Positions 13,631 to 25,774 of a DNA stretch of 64,000 nt are shown piece after piece. The stretch's first letter is position 1; every line of letters starts with the position of its first letter. Source of the DNA: Camelus ferus (taxonomy: Eukaryota); NCBI RefSeq assembly GCF_009834535.1, contig NC_045707.1:45758001-45822000 (forward strand). The letters run 5' to 3'. The position numbers and the translations under genes were made by a program. A model generated the notes under the pieces. The model was not told the DNA's origin. It worked only from the letters and a program-made list of their open reading frames with translations, and searched no databases.

Positions 13631-15023
13631 ACTTGCAGTTAACATGCCACACTGTCATACCTCCATTTCTTTCCGTATCTTTGCTTCCTGCTACTTGGAA
13701 GGCAGACTCTTATCCTCAAGGCCAACTCCTACTCATTCCTTGTGGACTGACTCAGGTGTTACTTTCCTGAAAGCCCTCTCTGACCAAGTACATTGTCTTG
13801 CTATGTCGGAAGGCACTCCGGGCACTTATAGTATATTATAAATACCCACTTACCTACTGACTATGCTAAAAAGTCTTTAAAAGTAGGTAGTAAAAGTTTT
13901 TGCTCTGTCTTCCTAGCACAGAGCAGGCAGGAATTTAGGCAGTAAGGTTACTGAATGGACAGGTCTTGACTAAAATGAAAAGTGCTTTCTCTCAATTCCC
14001 AAAGAAGTAGTATAGTACAATATATGTGTGTATAAATCTAGATAAAGTAAATATATACATAGAAAAGGTTTTAAAGTCCTAAGTCCTACAGTCAAGACAC
14101 ACCTTTACCTCTTACTGTGTGACACTGAACAAATCAGAGATTTTATTTAGTATTCTCATGAAGTGGAGATAAGAAAATCTAGCTGGAAAGGATATAAGGA
14201 TATAATGACAGAAAATAAAGCACTCTGTACACTTTTAAGTATTATCAGTGCTATAGTACCCAGCATACAGAAGGTACAAAGTCGTCGTTGCATTCTACTT
14301 ACTCATAACTTGTCTATGAATTTTAACCAAAGATTTCATATACTTTATTTTCTGACTAACAGAACTAATTTCCTGATTTAGTAAATTTAAGAGGCATACA
14401 TTGTCATGCAGTCTTTAAGTGCTTATTATACAACAGACACTGTCTAAGCACTTTAAATGCAGTAATTCATTTGATCTAACAAAAACACATTTAGGAAGAT
14501 TATATTATTATTGCCATTTTACAAATGAATAAAGCAAGGTACAAAGAGTTAAGAAACCTGTTTAGGGTCACTGAGGCGGCAACTGATACAACCAAAATTT
14601 AGACTTAGCCAGTCTGACTCTAGAACCTCTGTTTTTTGAAAGGGGAAGGATTTCCTGTTGCCAGTTTATTTCCGTCACATGAAGCAAATTTGCCATGTTC
14701 AGTAATTTTTTAAAGTGTCAGACTAAGTGAAGCCAGGTTCTAAAAGACTTTATTCTTTGCAACAGTAAAGGGAGGGACTTCAAGTTTTTTCCTTGTTAAA
14801 AATGAGCCACATGAGAGCAGAAGAACTTTCTTCCTGTCTATTATTGTCACTCCCCCGGAATGCATTTCCAGTTTTAAAATAGAAGTGATGATGGGATGAT
14901 GGAAATCAGCTTCAAAATAGTCAATGTCAGGTAACAGTTAACTTTTACAGGATGCAGCTATAATATCTATATTCAGGACTCTGGAAACATTGCTTATTCT
15001 TACGCACAGACAGAAAAGGATAT

Positions 15024-15173
15024 TTTTTCAGCATATATAGGGTAGCTAGCCTTGCTGCTTGAAAGTTGACTCTTACAGTTCTGTAGACAGCTTTCCGAAG
15101 ACCGATGAGATGCTGACTGGGATGCTGTCCAGCTTTATTAAATGGGCAAGCAGCACTGACCCTGTCAAGCAAA
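15024..15173 (-). CDS. VEZT: Vezatin exon 6 (long form 150 nt from 15173; short form 138 nt from 15161)
   Basis: Two in-frame acceptors, tttcaag| and ttgacag|; encodes (LLDR)[45 protein letters not shown]; ends AA|atatccttt (U12 donor). Confidence 0.94.
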
Positions 15174-17927
15174 CTTGAAAAGTAAAATGTGATACAACTG
15201 TACAGGTGTCCTAAAATTTTTGTTTTCTAAATCCACAATTCTATTAAACTTAGGGGGAAAAAAATCCCTTTTCATGATTTTCATTAGAAAATGATTATAA
15301 ATATCCCAACTCAGGTCTCATAGATATTTCTCTGACACATAAATAGCCACCAGAAAAAAGACAAATAAGAAATTAAAATCTCAAAGAATAAAGGCTTCCT
15401 CTGATATGGGGAAACAAAGAATTTTAATTGAAATATAGTAGAAATGTGGAATACTTAAGTAAGAAACTGTAACTTTTTTATATAGACACTCTCCCTGCTA
15501 GAATATACTAAAAGTGGCATTACTTTACATTTAACTTTCAAAACTTGTATCTATAGTAACTATGAAAGCCTTAATTATAAACATTTTCACATTCTTAATA
15601 AGCATTAACATGTTCATCAATCATATTTTTGGTCATTTGTACAGAACAAATACTGTATAGAAATACATTCTGTACATTCATAAAAGTAGGGTAAAATGAC
15701 TTACCCACCTGCAGCCACTGGCACTTACCTACTCAAAATGAAGTAGGGGACGCAGAAAGATAACAGGACCAGTGGCGAACAGGGGAATGCAAGTAGAAAG
15801 GCAAAGTAAGGGTTACTATGTAGTAGCACAGCTACTCTCAAAACTGTTCAAGAGGAAGCACATTTCATAGCACTTTCCAAAAGATAAATGGGGAGGACCT
15901 ATTTGCAATAATGCCATATAATGTTTTTATAAATTAAACTATGAATGATTTCATATTACACAGTTGTCAGATGAGATTTTTCACCTAACCAGTAACCTCT
16001 CCTAATAACAAAACAAATTATTGGAGTTTATAAATTCTTACACTATAACCACAAATTTATAAAATTAAGACATCTAACTAAAAATTTTTAAAAATGTTAA
16101 ACCAAACTAAAATATATTCAGGCATTAAAGATCTATAAAAAAAAGGACAATAACTGATAGGCTTATTTTAAAATAAAAGAATAAGGCAAAGAAGGGTTAA
16201 GTTATTTGTTAGAGAGAAAAAATTGAGGCAGAATAAAATGGGACTCATGTTTTCAATATATGGATACTACTGTTTGTGCTCTACTTTACTAAATCAATCT
16301 TAAAAAAGTATTTCTAAAAAATTATGATTTAAAACTTATTGTCATATTTTTTTCAATCTATTTTCCAGTTAGATGGAAACAAGTGAAACACAATTTTTCC
16401 CAGCATTTCTTCTGCCTGTCTTCATTTGAATAGGTAAGTCAAAATCCAGAGGGAAACCACTGGCCAATTTTAGCTCTTCATGCCAAGTCTATACATATAG
16501 GTCAAAGTGGAAAAATGACAAAAGGAACAGAATCCCCTGTACACACCTAAGCATTAACTGGACACACAGCCACTCTGCTTAACCAGTCAGCCCTCTTGAT
16601 AAAATGCTGTGCAAGTCAAGAGTGAAAAGTAGCTATTACTTACTCTTACTGTGATTTTGAACTTTTAAAATTTGACACAACTTAGTATTTGCTAGGCTCT
16701 ATCAACAAGAAGTGAACTTTAATTACAGTGGAAGGACAAAAATTAACAGACACTGAGGACTGTTACATTTTGAATTGAGCAGAAAGAAAAGTTATAAAAC
16801 CTCTCTTATGTCTCAGGATTTTTAAACATTTCAGAACACAACAAAGTGAAGAATGAGATGACTACTGGAGACTCTTCCATTTCTTTGTTTCATGATGTCC
16901 CAAATACAGCTTTTATGTCAAGATTGTTTAAGTACTACTCTAGAGCAGAGCAGAATGAAAGATGCAATGACCATCAAAGGTTGTTCTGGCCCTCCTCCTT
17001 TTCATGATTTTCCAGATACAGCTAATTAAGAGCAATATACTTTGCCAAATACTTACTTTCTCCCACCTACAGGTTGCAGAGGTTATGAGCTGTATAAGTT
17101 ATTAAATACACTATAGTACAACCATCACCTGTGAGCATTTAGATGGCACCCTCGTGTACAGGAAATAGGTTTAGAATCAGATGGAATGAACTTGAACTTT
17201 TGCTCTACCACTTACAATTGTATTTCTTTAGTTGTATGCAAAATTGTCTAGCATAGTTTATAGAACATAATCAATGTTCAATAAACACAACTTTGCCTTT
17301 ATTAATAGAATAAATAGCCTGTCTATCCAGTAGCTTAATACACTTAACAGTTATACCAGTGAATATTTAATTTCCTGTGAGAATATGAAATATCATTATT
17401 TGCATGATATTCTGAGAGTATCAGTGCCATAATATCTGTTAATATTTACCAAAAGAGTATTATTAATACATGGTAAGATTTTTCAAAATAAATTCACGTC
17501 AGATACATTTATCATTTAAACTGAGTAAAGCGAGCATCTGACAGGGAATAAAGGGAACAAACATTTATTGGATAACTATTGCATCCTAAGTTCAAGGTTC
17601 TCTATTATATATGTATATTATATGTGAGGACTCTCTATATATTATATCATATAATCACGTGGTATTACGCAGAAATAATCATGATTCTCAAAGCACTTTG
17701 GTTTCTCAAAGTAGATTAGCAGAAGCATACTACTTATTACATCCAGCATATAATGTATTTTTTCCTTCACTTAGCAGTTAATAGACTTTAATAAATGCTT
17801 TAATAAAAGAGAAATCTACTTTTTTTCTGTAAATTCAACACAGAAATTAAAATAGGCAATAAATATTCAAATTCAACCATGTAGTGGAAAAGAATTATTT
17901 TAAAAATAAAATGAAAAATGAACTCAC

Positions 17928-18203
17928 AGTGTAAATCCTCTGGAAATGACTTCAGTTTCTTGAATGAGACGTAAAGCTTTTCTCACGAGATTAGTAAAAG
18001 CTCGGCTATTTGTTGCTATATCTCCCAAACGGACACTGTATTTTTTTAGTGTTACTTGTAGTTTGGCTGTCCTCCATAATCTCAAAACTCTTATGATCAG
18101 ATAAACAAACAGAATTACTCCCCATACCAGCCAGGAAGATACAATCCACCAAGTGGGAAGCACAACGAGCAAACTAATGAAGGCAAATAGCATTGAGATA
18201 TCC
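17928..18203 (-). CDS. VEZT: Vezatin exon 5, encoding the two hydrophobic transmembrane segments ([19 protein letters not shown]...ISRGFTL)
   Basis: ctgttctag| acceptor, CT|gtgagt donor; 276 nt, phase 2-2; matches ORF 17924..18193. Confidence 0.96.
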
Positions 18204-19507
18204 CTAGAACAGAGAAGCCAAGAAAATGATAATCCATCAGTCTAGAGAAAGATGAGTTACTTTAGTTAGTAATTTAGGTTTTCTAAAGTAGATAAAATGC
18301 TAGCTTCTTTATAAAGTATGACTTTAAAAATATGACATTTTAGAAAGCAATGTGAAACAGTTAAAAAATATCTGGCAACTAGACAATGGTGCTTAGGTAA
18401 TAAAATCTAAACTAGTAAGTTTAGGTAAAGGACATAGATATATGTCTTCTGAAAAAACTTTTTGTTTTAAAGATATGTCCTCTTTAACCTAAAAATAAAT
18501 TATAGATTTTAAAATCCAATTTTACAAATATAAAAGTAAAAAAATCTTTAATTTCCCCTAATTTTTAATATTAAAATACTCCAATATTTGAAGATGTTAT
18601 GAAGTTCTTTTCCCTAAAATCAGACTTTTTTTGTGCAAAAACATACTATTCTCAAGAAAATAGACACATTTTTCTAATTAGAAATAATATACACTTAATA
18701 ATTATTTTGAATAAAGTAATCTAATTGAGTATACATACTTACTGCAGACTATAATATAAACAAGCTTTGTTCTTTTATACTGTTTAACTGAAATAAAAAT
18801 ATGTATGAAATTTTTAAAATTTAGGTCAATTACCAATCTACAGACTAAAATATAACTTTCAAGCAATGAAGGCTTTGATGAAAATGTATGTATGTATATG
18901 TATGTGTGTGTATATATATATAAAAGAGGTAAATATAGGGGAGCTGTATCTGAGGATATCTGAAAAACAACATCAATAATACCTGAAGACAGTTATGGTC
19001 AAACTATAAAGAAAATCACATGTAGGAATGCTTCTTAATAAGTATTTGTCTGCCCTAATTTCCCTTGGGATCCTTTACTGTTAGATGATAATGCTAATAT
19101 CATAAAGCAAAATCTCTTCATATACTTTTCTGTATTGATGGCAAAGTCTAAAAGTATTTATAGGCCTCATAGTTGCTTAATTACATTTATGGCTAAAGGA
19201 AACTTGAAAGTAAAGTTGTAAAACTCTTAAAACCAATGGTTCCTTCTAGCAACTCCTTAAAGTTCTTAAATTTTTAAAGGATATGATGCTTTACTTCATC
19301 ATGATATCTGAGTGACTATATATTTAGAAAACATGATTATTTTGCTACTTGCTACAATATGAAGCATGTCAATGTGACAGGAAAGATAGATAAATTCAGA
19401 ACACTGAGGCAAATGAATTTACTGCTGTATACCTTGAACAGTTCAAGCAATAATTTAGTTCATTTAATAAATTCCTACTTTAATAGGAAAAGGATATTAA
19501 CAGTTTT

Positions 19508-19550
19508 GTGTGTGTGTGTGTGTATGTGTGTGTATATATATATATGTATA
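19508..19550. repeat. (TG)n(TA)n microsatellite
   Basis: Read directly from the sequence. Confidence 0.9.
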
Positions 19551-20084
19551 CTTTTTTTTTTTTAAAATTATGGTCTGAGACTTCTGTATTAGCCCCAAAT
19601 ACTGCAAGTAGTTGACAAGTTTTATGATAGTCTGAATTGCCTAAGTTCCCTATGAGCTCTTCTCAGCCAACAAAGCAGGAATCAACTGTTTACCTCCATG
19701 TCCTATCCTGTCCTTGGTATCTCCACAATGTGATTATGATATAATCTCTTAATTGTAAAGAAACATAAAGAACTGGCTAGGACTTCATGCACAAGTGTAT
19801 GTAAGGTATGTGGGCAAGAGAGAATCTTTTTGGCAAATGTTACACCTACTTGTTAGGTTGTTAAACACAGACCTAATTATCAAATTGGATTTTTTTTTCT
19901 AGTTTCACTTTTAATAGTATTTACTTTAGAAAGTTACCTTTTTTTTTTGTAGCCTCTGGCATATCATTACATTAATTACAATGCTAAAATGTTTATAATG
20001 CCTTTACAATAGAGAGCATGATGATAGATTTCCTCTGCTAATACTCTATATGTAAGCAAAGGATAAACATTTTCTGGACAGTAC

Positions 20085-20260
20085 CAAATATTAGGGGTTG
20101 CCAGGGAGCAAAGTGTTGGAAGGTGTCCATTTTCCTGTTGTTGAGGCTGCCCTGCACACAGGATACCGGGATCAAGCAGCTCAATCAGCTCCACATCCTC
20201 TTGTAACAGGACTTCCTGTTGCAGGATGGTATGTAGTGAGTCGAGTCGGAATCCAGTATC
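20085..20260 (-). CDS. VEZT: Vezatin exon 4 ([32 protein letters not shown]...CSLATPNIW)
   Basis: aatggcaag| acceptor, TG|gtactg donor (both weak); 176 nt, phase 0-2; overlaps ORF 19976..20194. Confidence 0.94.
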
Positions 20261-21714
20261 CTTGCCATTAAAAGACAGGAAGAGAAGTATTAATACACAG
20301 CATAATTTTGTATTAAATACTAAGCTCCTACCGTGCTAATAAAATTAGAGGTGTTTATTTTCATTATAGACTCCAAGAAGAGGAAGCAATAATCTATTTT
20401 CAGTATGATGTATGGGGTTTTATTTTCACTGTAAATGTGAAACAATAAAGACTGAGGCAGACATTACTGAGCCACTGGAAGTGAAATATATGTTTTTTAA
20501 AGAGATATGAAGTAATTACAGATTAATAAACCTGTTGAGTTAAGCTTAATTAATTAAATTGTTGAAAACAATATGGAAAATATAATTCTGTAACAGAAGA
20601 TGCTGTCCCTGGATACTGTAATGATATAGTCAATATCTAAGAATTACATCAGCAAGATCAAGGCTTTCTAAAAATGGACATTCGGATATTAAAATATATC
20701 ATTAAGGAATATAATACAAAATGACACTAATGTGTGCATAGCACTTTATAGTTTACAAAATGCTTTCACATGTATCAGCTCATTTATTTCTCCCTCTTTT
20801 CCTTTTATCCATCTATCAAGGAATACCTTATACATACAAGGCAACATGCTCAACACCAAGAACACACACACGAAATGAATAAGACATACAAGTCTTTACT
20901 CTTAAAGTGTTCATAGTTTAATGGAGAGGACCAAAAAGTAAGCAGTTACAATATCAAGTGCAAAGAAGTGCGATGAGGTATAAGTAGGTTATTATGAAAA
21001 TGGCACAGAAGGACCAAAACTTGCAACAAAGTCAGAGAAAGTAAGAGGTGATACCTAAGCTAAGTATTAAAGGATAAACAAGAACTGACCAAATGAAAGA
21101 CCTGGAAGAATGGGATGAGACAGAATAAAAGCAAGCCTCTTCTAGTCTGGGGACCTACAAGCCACCAATATTAGTTTTGTGTAGAGTGTACATGGTAGAG
21201 AGGTGAGAGATGAGGTAGCAACATTAGGGCAGATAAGTTAATTCTCACAGTATCACAGATAATGTGATGCACATTATCACCCTCCTGTCCATTCTATAGA
21301 GAAAACTGAAGCTCAAAGAGATTAAGTAACTTTCTAGAATTCTGATTTCAAACCAAAGTCTTTGATAGCTGAAGAATATAGTCTCCTCTATCAGAAAAAT
21401 TAACATTTTATGTTGTGTTAAATTTTGGAATAGAATGATCCTATTGCATGATAAAAATAAAGAGAACTTTTAATGGACAAGGCCTTTAGCAATTAAAGTA
21501 AAACCAATTAGGTCTAGGGTTTGAAAGCAGCAGGTTTGCTCTTTATCATTCCCGCACCAGACTCCAGCCCTAGTTGATCATAATGAAGGCTTAAGCAGGA
21601 ATGCAGAGATCCTTATATCAAACTGAGTACATAGCCCCTTGATCATGGGTTATACATCACTTTTAAAGAAGGAGAAGAATATTTTTAATATTAGGTCTAT
21701 TTGGATATATTTCT

Positions 21715-21878
21715 AAAGAAGAAAGGAAGGAAGGAAGGAAGGAAGGAAGGAAGGAAGGAAGGAGGAGAAGGAAGGAAGAAAGAAGAAAAGAAAAAAGAAA
21801 AGAAAAGAAAAGAGAAAAGAAAGAAAAGAAAAAAAGAAAAAGAAAAAGAAAAAGAAAAAGAAAAGAAAAGAGAAAAAG
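21715..21878. repeat. Compound (GGAA)n/(GAAAA)n/(GAAAAA)n polypurine microsatellite, 164 nt of A/G only
   Basis: Read directly from the sequence. Confidence 0.97.
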
Positions 21879-22639
21879 CTTCTCAATGGAATGTTGATCT
21901 TAATTTTAGCCTGGGGTTTTTTTTTCTTACCATTTACTGACATACCCTACATACATACCTCTGCAGCACTTTCATGCTTCATATTGGAACTACTGCCTCG
22001 TCTCTCTTACAATTCTAACACTAGGAACTACTTAATTTTTTGACGTTCCACCCCACTTTCATTAAGAGAGAACAGCACAACTCACTTGATACTACTGTTG
22101 GGGGTGGGGAGGGGGGAAGTGGACTGAGGGTATCGACAGCAGGTGGGCAGTGGGGGGCCAGGAGGGCAGGAGGTGGAGTATGGTAGCTTTCCAAGTAATC
22201 TTTAAAATAAATCTTCACATATTGGCCTTATAATTTGGTTTGGATTCCCCAATCAGACACAGCCATATTCAAATATAAGTATTTAAAATCAAACTTTTGC
22301 TACAAAATCTTGAAACCAGATCTTTTATATGGGTAAGTTTAAAGAAGCTTAACTAAATGAAGGTTAAGGCTGATAGAGAGGGGGGAACTATTAACATAGA
22401 ATGGGAGCTGTCCCCTCTTCAGAGACTCTCTTATGGACATGCTGCTTCAACAGGTACTCACTTTCTTCAACACCATTCTTTGGCATCAGACCTGTTGTAA
22501 AACTGGGATAATGCCTCCCCAAAACCAGTATGATTCGAGGTACTATTAATAGCATGGGTGCTCTGTGCTGGGGGAAGGTATACTATGTGAACTTTGGCTC
22601 ACCCTCAACAAGTTTGTGTCAAGACTTAGTACCTAGGTT

Positions 22640-22820
22640 TGTATGTTGGCTCCAAAAGTTAAGCAAGTTAATAACCTTTCTGTCCCAGTTTCTTCATCTG
22701 CAAAATGAAGACAGTAATAGTACCCACTTCACAGGGTTGTTGCAAGGATTAAATAAGTCAGTATTTGTAAAATACTAAGAATATCTGGTGCACAGTAAGC
22801 ACTATGTAAGTGTTAGCTGT
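22640..22820 (+). mobile_element. MIR SINE
   Basis: Core aacctttctgtcccagtttcttcatctgcaaaatg...cacagggttgttgcaaggattaaat. Confidence 0.8.
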
Positions 22821-25096
22821 TAGTACATACAAAATAATTAAAAATACAACCGAGAAAAGCACACATAAAGTAAAAACTTACAGAACATAGCATAGATAAT
22901 TATTACAAAGTTATTGTAGGAAAAAAGAGATCCAGTAGGCTGACGTTTCTGATAACGGTCTTGAGGAAGGGCTAGTACTGCTTATTGAAAAGATTCCAAT
23001 AATAGAAAAGTGGAAAGAATTCCATAGTATAATAGCACAAATATAGACAAAGAAAATAGGTAAGAAATAAAGGAAAAGGAAGGCTGTGTTGGTCTGATGA
23101 ATATATTGGTGTATAAAGCTGGAAAGGTAGATTAGGGCCAAATTATACAGACTCATGTCAAAGTGATGAATTGGACTTGATTTGATGGATAGCGGGGATT
23201 TTTTAGGATCTAAACAGAGATATGGCATGAGAAGATAACTTCGGAAGATTTCTGCCTGGATGGAACAAAAAGAATAGGAGAAGTACAGTTAAAGAATAAA
23301 GAGATTATTATTTATTTCCAGCCCCCAGGGATGGAGAAGAGAACTTATGCATATGTCAATATACTTCAACGATCTTATATATTTTTTAATATATAGTTCT
23401 ATTTAATAAAGCTGTTGAGGATCAAATGAGATAACATGTGTGAAAGAACGTTAGAGGCTAAAAAGTGCTTAAAAAGTGCCAATAATACTATTATCACAGT
23501 TGGATAAAGGAATTTTTTTTTAATCTTTAAGAAGAAAAGTACTACCGTAATCAAAACGAACAATCATAAAATGTTCAGTTATCGTGGAGCAATTGTCAGT
23601 ATCTTTATAAAAGGAAAGAGGATCTGTATAGCTAACAAAATTTTAAATATTTCATAATCAAGGGGAAAGAAAACAAATCTCATGTCAGAAGCAAACTGGG
23701 TAATTCCTTGTTCCATTACTAGTAAACTATTTCTTAGATATGTATTTTTTATAATTCTCCATAATATAGGTACAAAGTGGGATGCATATAGAAGCTGGCA
23801 CTTTACAGTGAAACATGACATGAAACAAGTGGCCAGTGACAAAGAACCAAGAATGAAAAGATCATGACTATGCAGACTATGATTAAACCACAGAAAAATG
23901 TATATGGATCCATATACCTTACCACAGTCCTAGTATCACTGAAGAATGAGGATGGCTCCACCTGGATAGAGATGATATTCTATGTAGATGACAAGAGACT
24001 TTACTGACCTTCTCAACACACCTACCAAGATGAAACCCTGAACAGAGAACTTATCCATACAGATTGCTAAAAAAGTAATTTTAGTCAAAACATAATACTA
24101 CTCAAGCTAGAGACATAGTGGGTTATAATGGAAAGAGTCTGGGCTTTGAAACTGGGAGTGCTGAGTTCAAATTCTGACTCTATCACCTTCTGGCTGAACA
24201 TTCTTGAACAATTCACTTAATGAGTATTCTTAACCAAACTGAATTGCCAGAACCTTAGGCTTTCCCACTGGTAAATACACTAAACCTCAAATAATGTTTA
24301 GATTACCAAATCAAAATGTGAAAGCACTTTGTAAACATCTCTTTACAAATGATAATTTACAAGAATGATAATTATCATCTTAAGGTCATAGGCCAGCAGA
24401 AGATCCTGAAACCTGCTTACTTGTGAGAGCCATGAAAATTTCATAACTTTAATCTTTTAGCTATACTACCTACATTTTGTATTGTTAAGATGTAAAAAGG
24501 TTCAAGTACTTCCTCTTAGAGCTCAGAAATCAAGCAAGCCTTTAGGAAAGTCTGTGATTTACCAGTCCAAGGAGACTAAATTTTATATATGAAGTTGTCA
24601 GAGAATAGTAGTTTAACGATAAATAAATTACAGAGGAACCACTTTTGATTTTGCCGAAACTTTGTAATCATAGGCTGTGTGACAGAGACAGTCAAGTTCC
24701 TAATGAAAAGGGAGAAGATCCCACTAGTATATCTATTCCCTTCCTCTCTGAGAGGAGTATCTATCAATGGAGGAAGCTGGCAGCAGGAAATGAGTAATCT
24801 AACAAACAGGGTTTTAATAAGTACCAGAATACCCTATTCTAAATGGCTAATAACCTCTAAGGAGACCTATGAGACAATACTAATGAGTTCAATTTCAGAG
24901 ATCCCCAATTATTGAAGAATTTCCTTCTCTTTCCTTTTTTTTTCTTTTTAAGGTGATACAAACAAACTTTAACACTTCATAAAGCTGACAGTTTCCTTTT
25001 GGAGATCAGCCCAGAATTTCTAATCAAAAGCAATCACCGCCCAAATCAGTAGCAAAACAGCCCTGAAAAGTGAAAAACAGTAAAATGAACACTTAC

Positions 25097-25183
25097 CAAT
25101 TTGTGAAGTAAGTCATCATTCTTATTGCACTGAGACAAAATCCAACTTTTGATGGTCTCAGCCACTTTTAACAGGATGCCTTG
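25097..25183 (-). CDS. VEZT: Vezatin exon 3 (QGILLKVAETIKSWILSQCNKNDDLLHKL)
   Basis: ctccttcag| acceptor, TTG|gtaagt donor; 87 nt, phase 0-0. Confidence 0.95.
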
Positions 25184-25344
25184 CTGAAGGAGATGAATGA
25201 CATAGTATAGGATTATTAAACCACATCTAAACAGCAGAAAAACTTCAAATAATTTACTTCTAATTAATCATAATTTTTACCAGAAAAAGGAAGGAAAAAA
25301 TCATCTAGGTTATATGCTTTGCCAGTATGTCTCAGCCTCCTTAT

Positions 25345-25500
25345 TAGATCCCAAATTTACTTGCACATCAGAATCACCTAGAGATTTTAGTTAGAAACAT
25401 ATTTCTGGGCCCCCAAACTAAATTCATATTCAGTAAGTTTGGGTGAGACCTGGAAACCTGATTTTTAAAGCGCAATCAAAGTCACTGTGATGCAGCCCAT
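25345..25500. mobile_element. MER5-like hAT MITE
   Basis: tgcacatcagaatcacct...ctgggccccc...attcagtaagtttgggtgagacctgga. Confidence 0.6.
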
Positions 25501-25701
25501 TTATCTTAGGTACACTATATACTATCTATGTCAACAGGATGATGGTATGTACTTCAAAACCAACTGCTCCAGATTCTCAAATATGAAGAATATTTATTTC
25601 ATTCAACAGTACTAAGGCAGAAAGGTATTTCAATCAATTTTAGAAAAACTGTCATATTGAAATAAAAGTTATATATTGAATCAATCAAAACTTCAATTTA
25701 C

Positions 25702-25774
25702 CTTAATAGCCCATTTCCTGAGCAGGCCAGTAAATGGAGTTTGCATTCACTGAGTGACTACTATATCCAAGGTA
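25702..25774 (-). other. VEZT: VEZT alternative 73-nt cassette exon between exons 2 and 3 (stop-containing, L2-derived)
   Basis: ccctttttttag|TAC CTT GGA TAT...GGC TAT TAA G|gtaaat. The phase-0 frame YLGYSSHSVNANSIYWPAQEMGY* resembles a recalled human VEZT isoform peptide; the other frame LLRKWAIK resembles the recalled human alternative N-terminus MLKEWAIK. Confidence 0.65.

Larger units (their letters stand above)
11310..15023 (-). other. VEZT: U12-type (minor spliceosome) AT-AC intron, VEZT intron 6
   Basis: 5' end ATATCCTTTT, branch site TGCCTTAAC (11320-11328) 10 nt before the terminal AC; the join gives AA|C TAC CCC (N-Y-P) in frame. Confidence 0.95.

Noticed and set aside
21701..21943. 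Lys/Glu/Arg-rich and Phe/Ser-rich ORFs on both strands
   Set aside because: They are translations of the polypurine microsatellite, not genes.
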